The notes under the pieces: model-generated | Seen by the model: the letters and a program-made list of their open reading frames with translations, nothing else | Databases searched by the model: none | Told to the model about the DNA's origin: nothing | From: a virus | Lineage: Duplodnaviria; Caudoviricetes | Direction: 5' to 3' (one strand) | DNA: 64,000 nucleotides | IMG/VR virus record: IMGVR_UViG_3300012662_000015 | Coordinates: 15,987 to 79,986 of that record | Translations under genes and position numbers: made by a program | Part shown: piece by piece, positions 39,401 to 46,629 of the stretch | Position numbering within the stretch: the stretch's first letter is position 1 | Layout of the letters: each line of letters opens with the position of its first letter

Positions 39401-40432
39401 GCCAATACACCAACGAAGACCTACGCCACGTACAAGGCGACATGGGACGCTTACTACACTGCGCTTGACGCACTCTATGCGGCCATACAGGCGGCGAACC
39501 CAAGCTACTCCTACTCGGCAGACAACCGCAAGAAAGACGACAAGCTCTACACCATCGCCGAGGGCGGCACCATCCTTGCTGCCAACAAGGACACGATGAC
39601 GCAGGCATGGGTGAGGGCACGCTCCTGTTACAGCGAGTTCACGTCGGCGGCCAGCTCCAACGGCCTGTCATCTTCGGGCGAGTACACCGCTTTCGCGGCT
39701 GCCTACCAGTCTGTATCTGACATGCTCAACAACGGGGAGAGCTACACGGCAACGAGCGAAGAGACAAAAGGCCCGTCATGGTGCCAAGGCTTCAACTATT
39801 ATTATCTTGACGACATCACGTATCTTGACGACAGTCAGACGGACGGCTACAAGGTGCTTCCTTCCACCTGTGCGGCCGGCGACTACAACGGCAAGGACTA
39901 CACGGCCAAGATTGTGACTCACGCCCGCAAGGTCATCAACGGCTATCTCTCGGAGAGTTACCCGACGACCTTGCAGGAGCTGGCCGACGCTATGGCCGCA
40001 CTGCGCAACGCCAACGCGTCGGTCACCAATCCCTGGCGATACGAGGAGTTCTACTATCCTGCGGCCTACGGCTGCTACCTGTACGAGCCGACAGCCGACA
40101 CGCTCAATGCCGCATGGCAGAAGGGCAACTGGTATCTGCCCTCCGAGGGCGAGCTGACAAGGCTGTACAATTTCTATCGCCTCGGACAGGACATAGAGAA
40201 CGCCGCTGACGGAGCTACGGAGGCGCGCACGCCCATCTTTGCCAATGCCAACAAACGAGCAGCCAAGACGGTCTTCAAGATGGGTAACTACTGGGTCGTG
40301 TGGAGTAGCGTTGAGAACAGCCGTAACATCAGTTGGGGCGTGAATTTCACTTCGGGTAGCGTCGGCGACTGGGCCGGCAAGTACGGCAATGTCTACGTTC
40401 GCCCGTGCTCGGCGTTTATCTTTACACTTTAA
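33425..40432 (+). CDS. large tail fibre / receptor-binding adhesin, DGR target (~2335 aa)
   Basis: Likely start MAKKTSP; LamG-like, CotH-kinase-like and LRR-like segments; C-terminal CLec-type WYLPSEGEL...WSS...VRP region containing the VR. Confidence 0.85.
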   Translation: MAKKTSPNNITSLTDDWANDAANGLPFSGQAVQDFIKKQFGSKVGTWCWSPTVDASNFYHIWGFATEADKQAYLADPDGNASLLLANEALPISTVQGDSYGAYLFTDAGVATDYVVSGDKMTVNLRFSAVRNSSGDRLNVGVPGTLVIQRKTASSDWTTVETRKDVLTSTDYADTTAYTSVDIGSALKSGAQQIRIRAYYTYEADDGSQKTATSTYVSIGGSITKTTLDLECQQNWQTPILASVYAERGFPISYMVYGAVPKTLHVEITGGNGKALAADYPLSADQDSATVSKSITDATDTYKLFKHGVRTVKAWLTCDDGMGGTISSRVLVNRFMVVNPTAAADKTTPYLLLQNMVGTADNFAQADLCQYSVYSPGADGTTNNGSDVTVIFYLTAYAENFPADNPEQYFRIESTASPGTRYTLNTTIEIETEDEEQATIPAYFRVWRKDGDSEVNFLQSSIGQGNIVIQVDNSESYAPKAGADFVLNPKNRNNSEANPKTIVNAKTGKTVDSTWTGFGLVKDGWVTSDVDGQRVLRVPAGAKLNFKYNPFSQFLTTPDSALEIELDFMVRNVTDEDSPIISLFENFSAQDADGNTTTQFRGLKIQPIHGEIHTKSNYVSSETDFAWKEGERTHVCINIHNAVAPNKGDALVPASSSYDTSATKIALVRIFIGGEIRREFKYSITDAAEFCTGAMSNGGFTIGQDGADIDIYSIRIYQNTALEASDILANHISTLPTTEEKRAMRQANDILTGGKVDLEKCRALGKRCLVWHGTEPYKENTSTQRGYWEVFQYDARGNYLPEYSGTLCKSSAALETKRQGSTANTYYYSNIQTKMSDVTETITVPLSELHSSITYEVKTVQGEDGTESKVVGLKGGCLGKNFPTAETAVDYAYAEVDGAPAVVVPDGWVDGNGKYRGVGYIVAEGTPMAQKLVNKINYASSMQSHLTGVNNLYNDLHKAIVGKNSLQEAYPEARVSKYTEPFLYFTQALDSDTPVYRGPCTFGAGKMDKPTWGYVKKLHPMFTMIEGSDNNYELTDMRVPFTWGDASCPEAITYSADDEGFFYNGKQCLDFDAGKTDDDGTPGQKLITAIQGTWNFLYLHSPFVKYYKGTFDAFQKSDAAKDTFAKYWCTDGSEAYRLKRYDFANNRWVDAGLWDSTAKAWKVIDLRTDEITASTYQSSANQSEYAELNKELCGAIVAHAKKYLGFYFRIDSLKLYYSLIIHLLAGTDSCSKNTYYVLDPKPVEVTIEGETRTCYLFELHTDDVDTMMLIDNNGRFTKPYYIDRMHPYVDGDTTTEKYEGMHNVLFTLCEDMWEGTKELQGMVKQIFTAMEKQPSESDYIEGMPTTISKASVYGCLWKYVYYVHKYIPQMAFNEAARIRYEYPEMIGFVSYGSGARGVRPITQSNGSLLEAELQFIERRLVLMSSYAAWGPFADGKTGNLGISDVSESFSMQAFHTPDTASSQNDYAFTVKPHQYLYPTGMLGQTVIDPHVRVAPGESYRLELGSTTSNDTGMSVSGINYYRSIGNVGDLSTTPANTITVNGKRLTEFVAEPSKTYTDSTTGKPTPAFRPGAIVISAKNISNLSLRGCSATSGAIDLTQLSRLKTVDVRQTKLSDVTLPASHVLSSALLPATISSVDVENQENLSVLQLEGYGNLTRFVVKNNKLVDTFAQATALLAAKPSGLKTVTLTDLAWNTQGRQCNMDLLMYLASLKANLTGIIFMLAATSDRALSLADKEMLCALYGNIDSTVNALYIKYDVRAINSISISGEAFMTTAGKDYRFSVVPSPVTGNNVAIKDGRLDIAWSIADTADSYAHWADSDGLLHVDKLSDPALDLKHTMTVKAVTTNGTLTAQKKVGFYRHIPVVGDFAYADGTFDGEWDEERTFIGLVFMRLPIYTGSKITAYDVRVVAAEDLKMVSGGDNPITWTTHRWGLYPDDLNGWLSEEANIEKASGVKDAFDIDELKNFSSRWGGANDYDGGYHTVPSWATDTVLANTPTKTYATYKATWDAYYTALDALYAAIQAANPSYSYSADNRKKDDKLYTIAEGGTILAANKDTMTQAWVRARSCYSEFTSAASSNGLSSSGEYTAFAAAYQSVSDMLNNGESYTATSEETKGPSWCQGFNYYYLDDITYLDDSQTDGYKVLPSTCAAGDYNGKDYTAKIVTHARKVINGYLSESYPTTLQELADAMAALRNANASVTNPWRYEEFYYPAAYGCYLYEPTADTLNAAWQKGNWYLPSEGELTRLYNFYRLGQDIENAADGATEARTPIFANANKRAAKTVFKMGNYWVVWSSVENSRNISWGVNFTSGSVGDWAGKYGNVYVRPCSAFIFTL
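40307..40417 (+). repeat. DGR variable repeat (VR)
   Basis: 111-bp ungapped match to 41030-41140 with 15 mismatches, 14 of them at TR adenines. Confidence 0.95.
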
Positions 40433-40442
40433 CCTTTATCAA

Positions 40443-40463
40443 GGCGGCCATTTCAAGGCCGCC
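40443..40463 (+). promoter_or_regulatory. DGR target-recognition hairpin/cruciform
   Basis: GGCGGCC-ATTTCAA-GGCCGCC just downstream of the VR/IMH and stop codon. Confidence 0.75.
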
Positions 40464-40469
40464 GCCACA

Positions 40470-40943
40470 ATGCAAAAAACAGAAGAACAAATAATCATGA
40501 ACACGTTGACGGAAGACATCTACAAGGGAGCGGAAGCTGGCAAGCAAGCCCAGGCGAGGAAGCGCACGACGGCGCAGCTTCCCGTCTTCAGGGAGTGCGC
40601 TAACCTGCTGTATATGATTATGCAGGTGATGTATCATGCGCCACGAAAGATGACAAAGCCGCTCGACGAAGCCGTGGACTGCGCTACGGAGCTACTCCGT
40701 AGCGTGGCTATGGCCAACGAGGTGAGAGGGGCTGAGCGAGTGAGCTGTATCAATATAGGGCTGTCCAACGCCAATACGCTGAACGTCCTTGTATGCTCGC
40801 TCGGATTTCTTGGTGCCATCAGCAAGCAAACTGCCAAGGACTTCAAGAAGAGAATTGGCAGGGTGCTGGCGCAGATGATAGGCTGGCGTGAGTCCGCAAC
40901 ACAGCAGGGTCATCCCGTGCCGACGAAAGGAGGCGCGCGATGA
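40470..40943 (+). CDS. avd: DGR accessory variability determinant (Avd-like four-helix bundle)
   Basis: LPVF...P...E...ANE...R...L..ISK...Q+IGW pattern; lies between target and TR; start 40470 or 40497. Confidence 0.8.
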   Translation: MQKTEEQIIMNTLTEDIYKGAEAGKQAQARKRTTAQLPVFRECANLLYMIMQVMYHAPRKMTKPLDEAVDCATELLRSVAMANEVRGAERVSCINIGLSNANTLNVLVCSLGFLGAISKQTAKDFKKRIGRVLAQMIGWRESATQQGHPVPTKGGAR

Positions 40944-42400
40944 GGGTCTGTGGGATTTCAGTAAACGGGGGACTTGCTGGATATGGTGTGACAGCCATGT
41001 CGAGCAACGAAGGTGCAAAGCCCTTGGAGAGCGTTGAGAACAGCCGTAACAACAGTTGGAACGTGAATTTCACTTCGGGTAACGTCAACAACTGGAACAA
41101 CAAGTACAACAATGGCTACGTTCGCCCGTGCTCGGCGTATGCTGATTTCAAAGCGTTCCTTGATTCGATGTGGCTTGCCTATTCCGATTGTCTGAAAGGC
41201 AAGCGAAGCTCGGCGCAGGCTCTCGAATACATGCCTATTGCGACGGAGGATATTCCCAAGCTCGCATGGGAGGTGTGGACGAGAGCCTATGAGCCGAGTC
41301 CGTCAACGTGCTTCATGGTTACTTTCCCGAAATTAAGGGAGGTGTTTGCGGCGGCGTTTCGCGACAGAATCATCCATCACTGGATAGCCATTCGCATGAT
41401 TCCCCTCTTCGAGGAGCGGTGCCATGAGCTGGGCGACGTGAGCCATGCCTGCCGAAAGGGCTATGGCACGAAGACAGCGGTGGAGCAGGTGCAAAAGGGT
41501 ATGCTTCGCGTGAGCGACCACTTGCAACGGGAGGCCTGGGTGTACAAGGGCGACATCGTGGGTTTCTTCATGAATATCAACAAACGGATACTCTGGGGCG
41601 AACTGCACTCGCTCATCGTGAACAGGTATAAAGGCACCGACATCGACATACTGCTCTACCTCGTGGAGAAGACCGTCTTCCATTGTCCGCAGAAGTCGTG
41701 TTGCATACGCTCGCCCGTAGACATGTGGAAAATCATTCGGCGCGACAAGTCCCTGTTCTTTGCCGACGACAACAAAGGCGGGCCGATAGGCAATCTTACG
41801 ACCCAACTGTTCGCAGGCTACTACATGTCGTTCCTTGACGAATACGTGGAGGATCTGTTCAAAGGGAAGACTTACTCCTATACGAGGAGCGTGGATGATT
41901 TTGTCATCATCTGCACGGACAGAGTTTTCCTGCGACACGCCATCCGGCAGATAGCTGACTTTACTTCTGCGCAGATGGACATAGAGTGCCACTCGGACAA
42001 CATCTACTTCCAGCCTGTCAGTCACGGGGTGAAGTTTCTTGGGCAGTACGTCTATCCGCATAGGCGATACACCATCAATAGGACGATAGGCCGTTTTATA
42101 AGCAAGGCGAACTGGTGCCTAAGAGAATGCGGGAAGGATATGACGGAAATCAGGCGCGAGTATTGGGGACAGGTGTTCAACTCCTACTTCGGCTTTCTGA
42201 CGCAGACGAATGAGTACAACACTCGAAGCAAGATTTTCAAGATGCTGACGCATGAGTGGTACCAGCATTTCAGCATAACGAACAAAAAGAAAGTAACCGT
42301 TAAACACAGAAGATTATGGAACAAGAACAACAACAACAGAAAATGTATGTCATCCACACGCACTGCTACGGCGAGCGGCCGCACGACAACTATGCGGTGA
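40940..42400 (+). CDS. DGR reverse transcriptase with atypical SVDD catalytic motif
   Basis: KLREVFAAAFRDRIIHH, SHACRKGYGT, KGDIVGFF, PIGNLTTQLFA, YTRSVDDFV, GVKFLGQ; start uncertain (40940, 40998 or 41168). Confidence 0.92.
   Translation: MRVCGISVNGGLAGYGVTAMSSNEGAKPLESVENSRNNSWNVNFTSGNVNNWNNKYNNGYVRPCSAYADFKAFLDSMWLAYSDCLKGKRSSAQALEYMPIATEDIPKLAWEVWTRAYEPSPSTCFMVTFPKLREVFAAAFRDRIIHHWIAIRMIPLFEERCHELGDVSHACRKGYGTKTAVEQVQKGMLRVSDHLQREAWVYKGDIVGFFMNINKRILWGELHSLIVNRYKGTDIDILLYLVEKTVFHCPQKSCCIRSPVDMWKIIRRDKSLFFADDNKGGPIGNLTTQLFAGYYMSFLDEYVEDLFKGKTYSYTRSVDDFVIICTDRVFLRHAIRQIADFTSAQMDIECHSDNIYFQPVSHGVKFLGQYVYPHRRYTINRTIGRFISKANWCLRECGKDMTEIRREYWGQVFNSYFGFLTQTNEYNTRSKIFKMLTHEWYQHFSITNKKKVTVKHRRLWNKNNNNRKCMSSTRTATASGRTTTMR
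41030..41140 (+). ncRNA. DGR template repeat (TR)
   Basis: AAC-rich invariant copy of the VR between avd and the RT core. Confidence 0.95.
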
Positions 42401-42945
42401 CGATGGCCGACGGTAACATGGCCGTCTTCGAGGAACCGACCTACGAGGCGATGCTCGAGGCCATGGGCAAAAACGGATATATCCTGCTTGACACCATCGG
42501 GTATGTGATGGATCAGCTCCCAATGTACACGCCCACTACGTCAGGCTATACGGAAGAGGTGTGGAAGAAGGGGCTGGAATTTGCCAAGGAAATGGCCACG
42601 AGGGCTATCAACGCCTACGACTCCTCCTCTGCGGTGAACAGCTTCCTGCTCAACGGCAAGAGGGTGTGGCTCGACAAGGCTACCCGTGTGGGGCTGATGA
42701 ACTCTACCACCATCGCCAAGGCTATGGGCAGCAAGACGACCGACCTGTGGCTGGGCGAGACCAAGATTACGGTGGACTGCGACAAGGCCATACAGCTGCT
42801 GTCGGCACTGGAGATGTACGCCCTGGAGTGCTTCAACGTGACGGCAGCGCACAAGAAGGCCGTGAGCGAGATGACAAGCCTGGAGGAGGTGATAGGCTAC
42901 GACTTCACCAAGGGCTATCCCGACAAACTGAAGATGGAGGTGTAG
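42316..42945 (+). CDS. DUF4376-like tail fibre assembly protein
   Basis: VWLDKATRVGL...LLSALEMYALECFNVTAAHKKAV...YDFTKGYP motif. Confidence 0.7.
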   Translation: MEQEQQQQKMYVIHTHCYGERPHDNYAVTMADGNMAVFEEPTYEAMLEAMGKNGYILLDTIGYVMDQLPMYTPTTSGYTEEVWKKGLEFAKEMATRAINAYDSSSAVNSFLLNGKRVWLDKATRVGLMNSTTIAKAMGSKTTDLWLGETKITVDCDKAIQLLSALEMYALECFNVTAAHKKAVSEMTSLEEVIGYDFTKGYPDKLKMEV

Positions 42946-42948
42946 GCC

Positions 42949-43491
42949 ATGGAGATGCTGATGCTTTTTGCCTTCGTCCTGCTGGCCGGACTGCTCATCA
43001 TGGCAGGCGTGCGCTATGGCGTGTCCGACATGGTGAGCGACATCTACTACCAGATGGGTGGCCGTGACGCTTACGGGTGGGTCTTCTCGCTCACGATGGG
43101 CTTTGTGGCGTTGTTTGCCATGGCGGCCATGCTCGACAGTGAGTGGGGTGCGGACTGCCTGGCGTTCATCGGGTGTGGCGGACTGGCCTTCGTGGCCGTG
43201 GCTCCCAACTATGCGGACGAGAATGCTTACCCCGTGCACAAGGGAGGAGCCATTGTTGCCGCCGTCGGTTGTGTAGGCTGGTGCCTGTCTGCCTGTTGGT
43301 GGATGACACTTATCGTCGGTGCCGCATACCTTGTTTATCTTGCCTCGGCTGAGACGAGAAGGCTGTTGGGCGGCGTGTGGTGGATGCGTGGGCTTACAGG
43401 ACAGCCGCGTTCGTGGTACTGGGCGGAGGTGGCGGCCTTTGCCGACGTTTTTCTTACCTACGGAGTGTGCTTTGTCAAGAATTTGTTGTAA
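42949..43491 (+). CDS. multi-pass membrane protein
   Basis: Several hydrophobic segments. Confidence 0.7.
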   Translation: MEMLMLFAFVLLAGLLIMAGVRYGVSDMVSDIYYQMGGRDAYGWVFSLTMGFVALFAMAAMLDSEWGADCLAFIGCGGLAFVAVAPNYADENAYPVHKGGAIVAAVGCVGWCLSACWWMTLIVGAAYLVYLASAETRRLLGGVWWMRGLTGQPRSWYWAEVAAFADVFLTYGVCFVKNLL

Positions 43492-43515
43492 CTTTATACT
43501 TGTAAATCGGATAAC

Positions 43516-43812
43516 ATGAAAAAGATATATGATTTCATAGAGAACACGGTGGGCATGGACAAGGTCGCCCACTTCTTCGGTGTCGCCTTCGCGGCTATCA
43601 TCGTTTCGCTTGTGTTTGCCAAGGTTAACCCTGGCTATCATCCTGCCACTTACGCTGCCTGCGGTTTCGCTGGCGGAGTCATCGTGGCCGTGGCCAAGGA
43701 GGCTTTGGACTTCTTCTCGGGCAATGACTTTGAGAACTTCGACCTCATGGACATCGCTTATAGTGTGCTTGGCGCCTTTGTTTCATTCCTGGTGGCCCTC
43801 GCGCTGCTGTAA
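43516..43812 (+). CDS. small membrane protein (DKxxH motif)
   Basis: DKVAHF...KEALD...D pattern; three TM segments. Confidence 0.65.
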   Translation: MKKIYDFIENTVGMDKVAHFFGVAFAAIIVSLVFAKVNPGYHPATYAACGFAGGVIVAVAKEALDFFSGNDFENFDLMDIAYSVLGAFVSFLVALALL

Positions 43813-43831
43813 CGGATAGGAGGGAAAGGGT

Positions 43832-44389
43832 ATGATGACAACAGACGTGGTGGGAAACACGGGGACGCGGTTCCTCGGTGGTATATTGAGTGCAGAGATG
43901 GTTTCGGTGCTTGGCGATATGCGATGGATGCTCCTGCTTATCGCCCTATGCGTGGTGGCCGACTTCCGCTATGGCTGGGGCGAGAGCTCCAAACGTTACA
44001 AGGAGGCCAAGGAGGCTGGCGACAAGATACTCATGATGCAGTATCAGTGGCGCACGTCAAGAGCCATGCGCAGGACGATCAACAAGCTCATTGACTATAT
44101 CGTGTGGGCGGTAGTCGGCATGGCTATCGGTATGGCCATATTGGAGCCTGTGGGCATCAACCACATCTTCGGAGGCGTGGTCGCTACGGCCATTGCCGTG
44201 GTGTGCGAGGCCAAGAGCTTCTTCGGACATTTCTTCTACCTGCATGGCGTGACCTATGACGAGAAGAACATGGCAGGCTTCTTCAAGGCGTTCATCGTGG
44301 CGTTGGCCAAGAAGAAGAACGAGGACTTCGGTGAGGCGTTGGAAGAAGGCTTCAAGGACAGAAAGGAGGACGAGAATGGCAAATCATAA
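43832..44389 (+). CDS. holin
   Basis: TM segments, ADFRYG...RRTINKLIDY motif, directly upstream of the endolysin. Confidence 0.7.
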   Translation: MMTTDVVGNTGTRFLGGILSAEMVSVLGDMRWMLLLIALCVVADFRYGWGESSKRYKEAKEAGDKILMMQYQWRTSRAMRRTINKLIDYIVWAVVGMAIGMAILEPVGINHIFGGVVATAIAVVCEAKSFFGHFFYLHGVTYDEKNMAGFFKAFIVALAKKKNEDFGEALEEGFKDRKEDENGKS

Positions 44390-44909
44390 GATATTGGCAC
44401 CGTTCATCCTCTCGCACGAGGGAGGTTTCAGCAACAACCCGAAAGACCCAGGAGGGGCGACCATGAGGGGCGTTACACTGGCTACATATCGCTCGGTGTA
44501 CGGAAGCAAGAAGACGGTGGCTGACTTGAAGCGGATAACCTCCGCAGAGTGGGACGCCATCTTCAAGAAGTACTATTGGGACAGGTGCAAGGCCGACATC
44601 ATCGCCAACCAAAGCGTGGCCAACATGCTCGTTGACTTCGCCTGGAATAGCGGTGTTGTGACAGCGGTGAAAACCATTCAGCAAATCGTTGGCGTGGATG
44701 CAGACGGGATAGCTGGGCGTGTGACCATCGGGGCTATCAACGGCTATTTCCGTGGGAGCAAGTACGTGTTCGACAAGCTCAAAGAAGCACGCCTCCGCTA
44801 CATGCAGACGAGGAAGAACTGGCCGACATTCAAGAACGGATGGACAACGAGAGTAAACAGCATCAAGTACGGCTCGCTGGCCTATTCGGGTAAGACCATT
44901 AACTGCTAA
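44376..44909 (+). CDS. endolysin, glycoside hydrolase family 108
   Basis: HEGGFSNNPKDPGGAT catalytic motif; C-terminal KNGWTTR peptidoglycan-binding-type motif. Confidence 0.9.
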   Translation: MANHKILAPFILSHEGGFSNNPKDPGGATMRGVTLATYRSVYGSKKTVADLKRITSAEWDAIFKKYYWDRCKADIIANQSVANMLVDFAWNSGVVTAVKTIQQIVGVDADGIAGRVTIGAINGYFRGSKYVFDKLKEARLRYMQTRKNWPTFKNGWTTRVNSIKYGSLAYSGKTINC

Positions 44910-44922
44910 AAGACTGATAGGG

Positions 44923-45360
44923 ATGATGAAGATGATTGGGAAATACTGGTGGGAGTGGCTTGTGCTGATTGCGCTTGCCATGATGATCGGCTCACTATCC
45001 AGCTGCAAGAGTGTGAAGTACGTGCCCGTGACCGAGTATAGGGACAGGTATGTGAGCAAGACGGATAGTTTCTTCAAGGTGGATAGCGTCTATCTCCACG
45101 ACAGCGTTAGCGTGTTTGGAAGAGGTGATACAGTCTACATGACCAAGACGCGATATAAGGACAGGTTCAAATACATCTACAACACGAAGACTGACACGGT
45201 GATCGTGCATGACAGCATACCTTACCCCGTGAAGGTAGAGGTAGAGAAGAAGCAGACGTTTGTGGACAAGGTGGCCAACGAGATAGGCAAATTTGCCTGC
45301 TACGTATTGCTCCCATTGTTTGGCATACTGATTGCCTATAACCTGTTCAGGAAGCATTGA
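44923..45360 (+). CDS. lipoprotein, possible spanin component
   Basis: Lipobox LSSC, DTV/DSV repeats, C-terminal TM segment; follows the endolysin. Confidence 0.65.
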   Translation: MMKMIGKYWWEWLVLIALAMMIGSLSSCKSVKYVPVTEYRDRYVSKTDSFFKVDSVYLHDSVSVFGRGDTVYMTKTRYKDRFKYIYNTKTDTVIVHDSIPYPVKVEVEKKQTFVDKVANEIGKFACYVLLPLFGILIAYNLFRKH

Positions 45361-45446
45361 CGTTGATAATGTTTTGTTTTGTTTTCACGATATAGTTAGT
45401 TAGGTTTCTTCTTTAGAGGAAGAAGATTGATTGTTTAGGATGACGT

Positions 45447-45484
45447 TCCCCACTTGCCTGTGATAGGTAGGTGGGGATTTTTTG
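45447..45484 (+). terminator. intrinsic terminator ending the lysis operon
   Basis: TCCCCACTTGCCT-GTGAT-AGGTAGGTGGGGA followed by a T-run. Confidence 0.8.
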
Positions 45485-45562
45485 TGTTAAAAAATCTTCT
45501 CCGTCTTTCTGCCAAAAGGAAAATTATTAACTTTGTCGGCATCTATCTTAACACGAACGCTT

Positions 45563-46069
45563 ATGACAAAGGAGGAAGAGAACCTTGTGCTGTCGGCTGT
45601 GCAAGGCAAGGATGTGAGCGAGGTGATGGCCTTGCTGATGAAGAGTGGCAACAGGTACTCACGGAGGTTATTGAAGTGTATCAAATGGGTGACGAAATGG
45701 GTGCCGATTGCGATCATGTTGTGGCACGCCTTCGCCATGTGGGATTTCGCCCACAACCCACGAGAGATGTTTGTTGTCCATTCGGAGCACTGGCCGAGCT
45801 ACGCCTTCATCTATGCGATGTTGTATGTCTTGCCCATTATCCTCATCGTGTTCAGCAGGTTCTTTTGGCTGTGCTGGCTCTACCGCATCCCGTTCTTCTA
45901 TTACTTCGGTGTTAATGCCGTGCACATCACCTACTGGTCATGGTACACGACAAACGAAATGGTTACGTCTTGCATGACGATAATTGTCATGACGGCGGTT
46001 TTCTATGCTTATTGGGTGATTGGTTGGTTTCTCCAGAACACCTGTTTGGGCAGGAAACTATTCTCTTGA
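45563..46069 (+). CDS. membrane protein
   Basis: Four hydrophobic segments; TAACTTTG element at 45528-45535 upstream. Confidence 0.65.
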   Translation: MTKEEENLVLSAVQGKDVSEVMALLMKSGNRYSRRLLKCIKWVTKWVPIAIMLWHAFAMWDFAHNPREMFVVHSEHWPSYAFIYAMLYVLPIILIVFSRFFWLCWLYRIPFFYYFGVNAVHITYWSWYTTNEMVTSCMTIIVMTAVFYAYWVIGWFLQNTCLGRKLFS

Positions 46070-46108
46070 CTGCCAATTCTACGGAAAATTCACAAAAACA
46101 CGCTTGAT

Positions 46109-46456
46109 ATGAGAAAGAAGGTGTTCAATTACTACACGTTAGCCATGCTTTTCAAGTCGCTTCACGAGAGCTGCATGAAAGCCTGGGAGCAGCAACAGAA
46201 GGGCGAGAAGGTGACGGCTTGCGGTATGAGTGACGATGACATAGAGGAGTTGTGCGAGGACGTGTTGCCCAACATGATGAACCCGATGATGAGCACGGAG
46301 GAGGTGAAAGATAAGCTTCACGTCAGCGATGCTACGCTCAACAGAATGGTGGCAAAAGGCGACATACCCAACGGCCAATGCAAGAAACGTGGCCACACAA
46401 GGTATTGGAAGAAGTGGGACATCTTACACTTCATGCGCAACAGAAAGAAGCAGTAA
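46109..46456 (+). CDS. HTH DNA-binding protein (AlpA/excisionase-like)
   Basis: MSTEEVKDKLHVSDATLNRMVAKGDIP...RYWKKWDI. Confidence 0.7.
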   Translation: MRKKVFNYYTLAMLFKSLHESCMKAWEQQQKGEKVTACGMSDDDIEELCEDVLPNMMNPMMSTEEVKDKLHVSDATLNRMVAKGDIPNGQCKKRGHTRYWKKWDILHFMRNRKKQ

Positions 46457-46481
46457 ATCTTAGCAACGGGACATAACTGTC

Positions 46482-46533
46482 TGATAACTAATTGATAAAA
46501 TGATGATAGAAAATTGATAGAACGCTGATAGAA
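46482..46533 (+). repeat. five TGATA-core direct repeats at 11-bp period
   Basis: TGATAACT 46482, TGATAAAA 46493, TGATAGAA 46504, 46515, 46526. Confidence 0.85.
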
Positions 46534-46601
46534 ACTACAACCAGTTGCTCTATGATCTTCGTTCTTAGACGAAAGCCAAATAAAGAAGAATAAATATTTC
46601 G

Positions 46602-46629
46602 GCCTACCTCACATCGAGGTAGGCTTTTT
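46602..46629 (+). terminator. intrinsic terminator
   Basis: GCCTACCTC-ACATC-GAGGTAGGC-TTTTT. Confidence 0.8.

Noticed and set aside
41025-41029. Extension of TR/VR homology 5' to TGGAG
   Set aside because: It needs a 1-nt gap (TGGAGTAGC vs TGGAGAGC); treated as outside the ungapped repeat.
46109-46456. Integration module / att site near the excisionase-like gene
   Set aside because: No integrase and no host genes appear in the window, so prophage boundaries cannot be supported.
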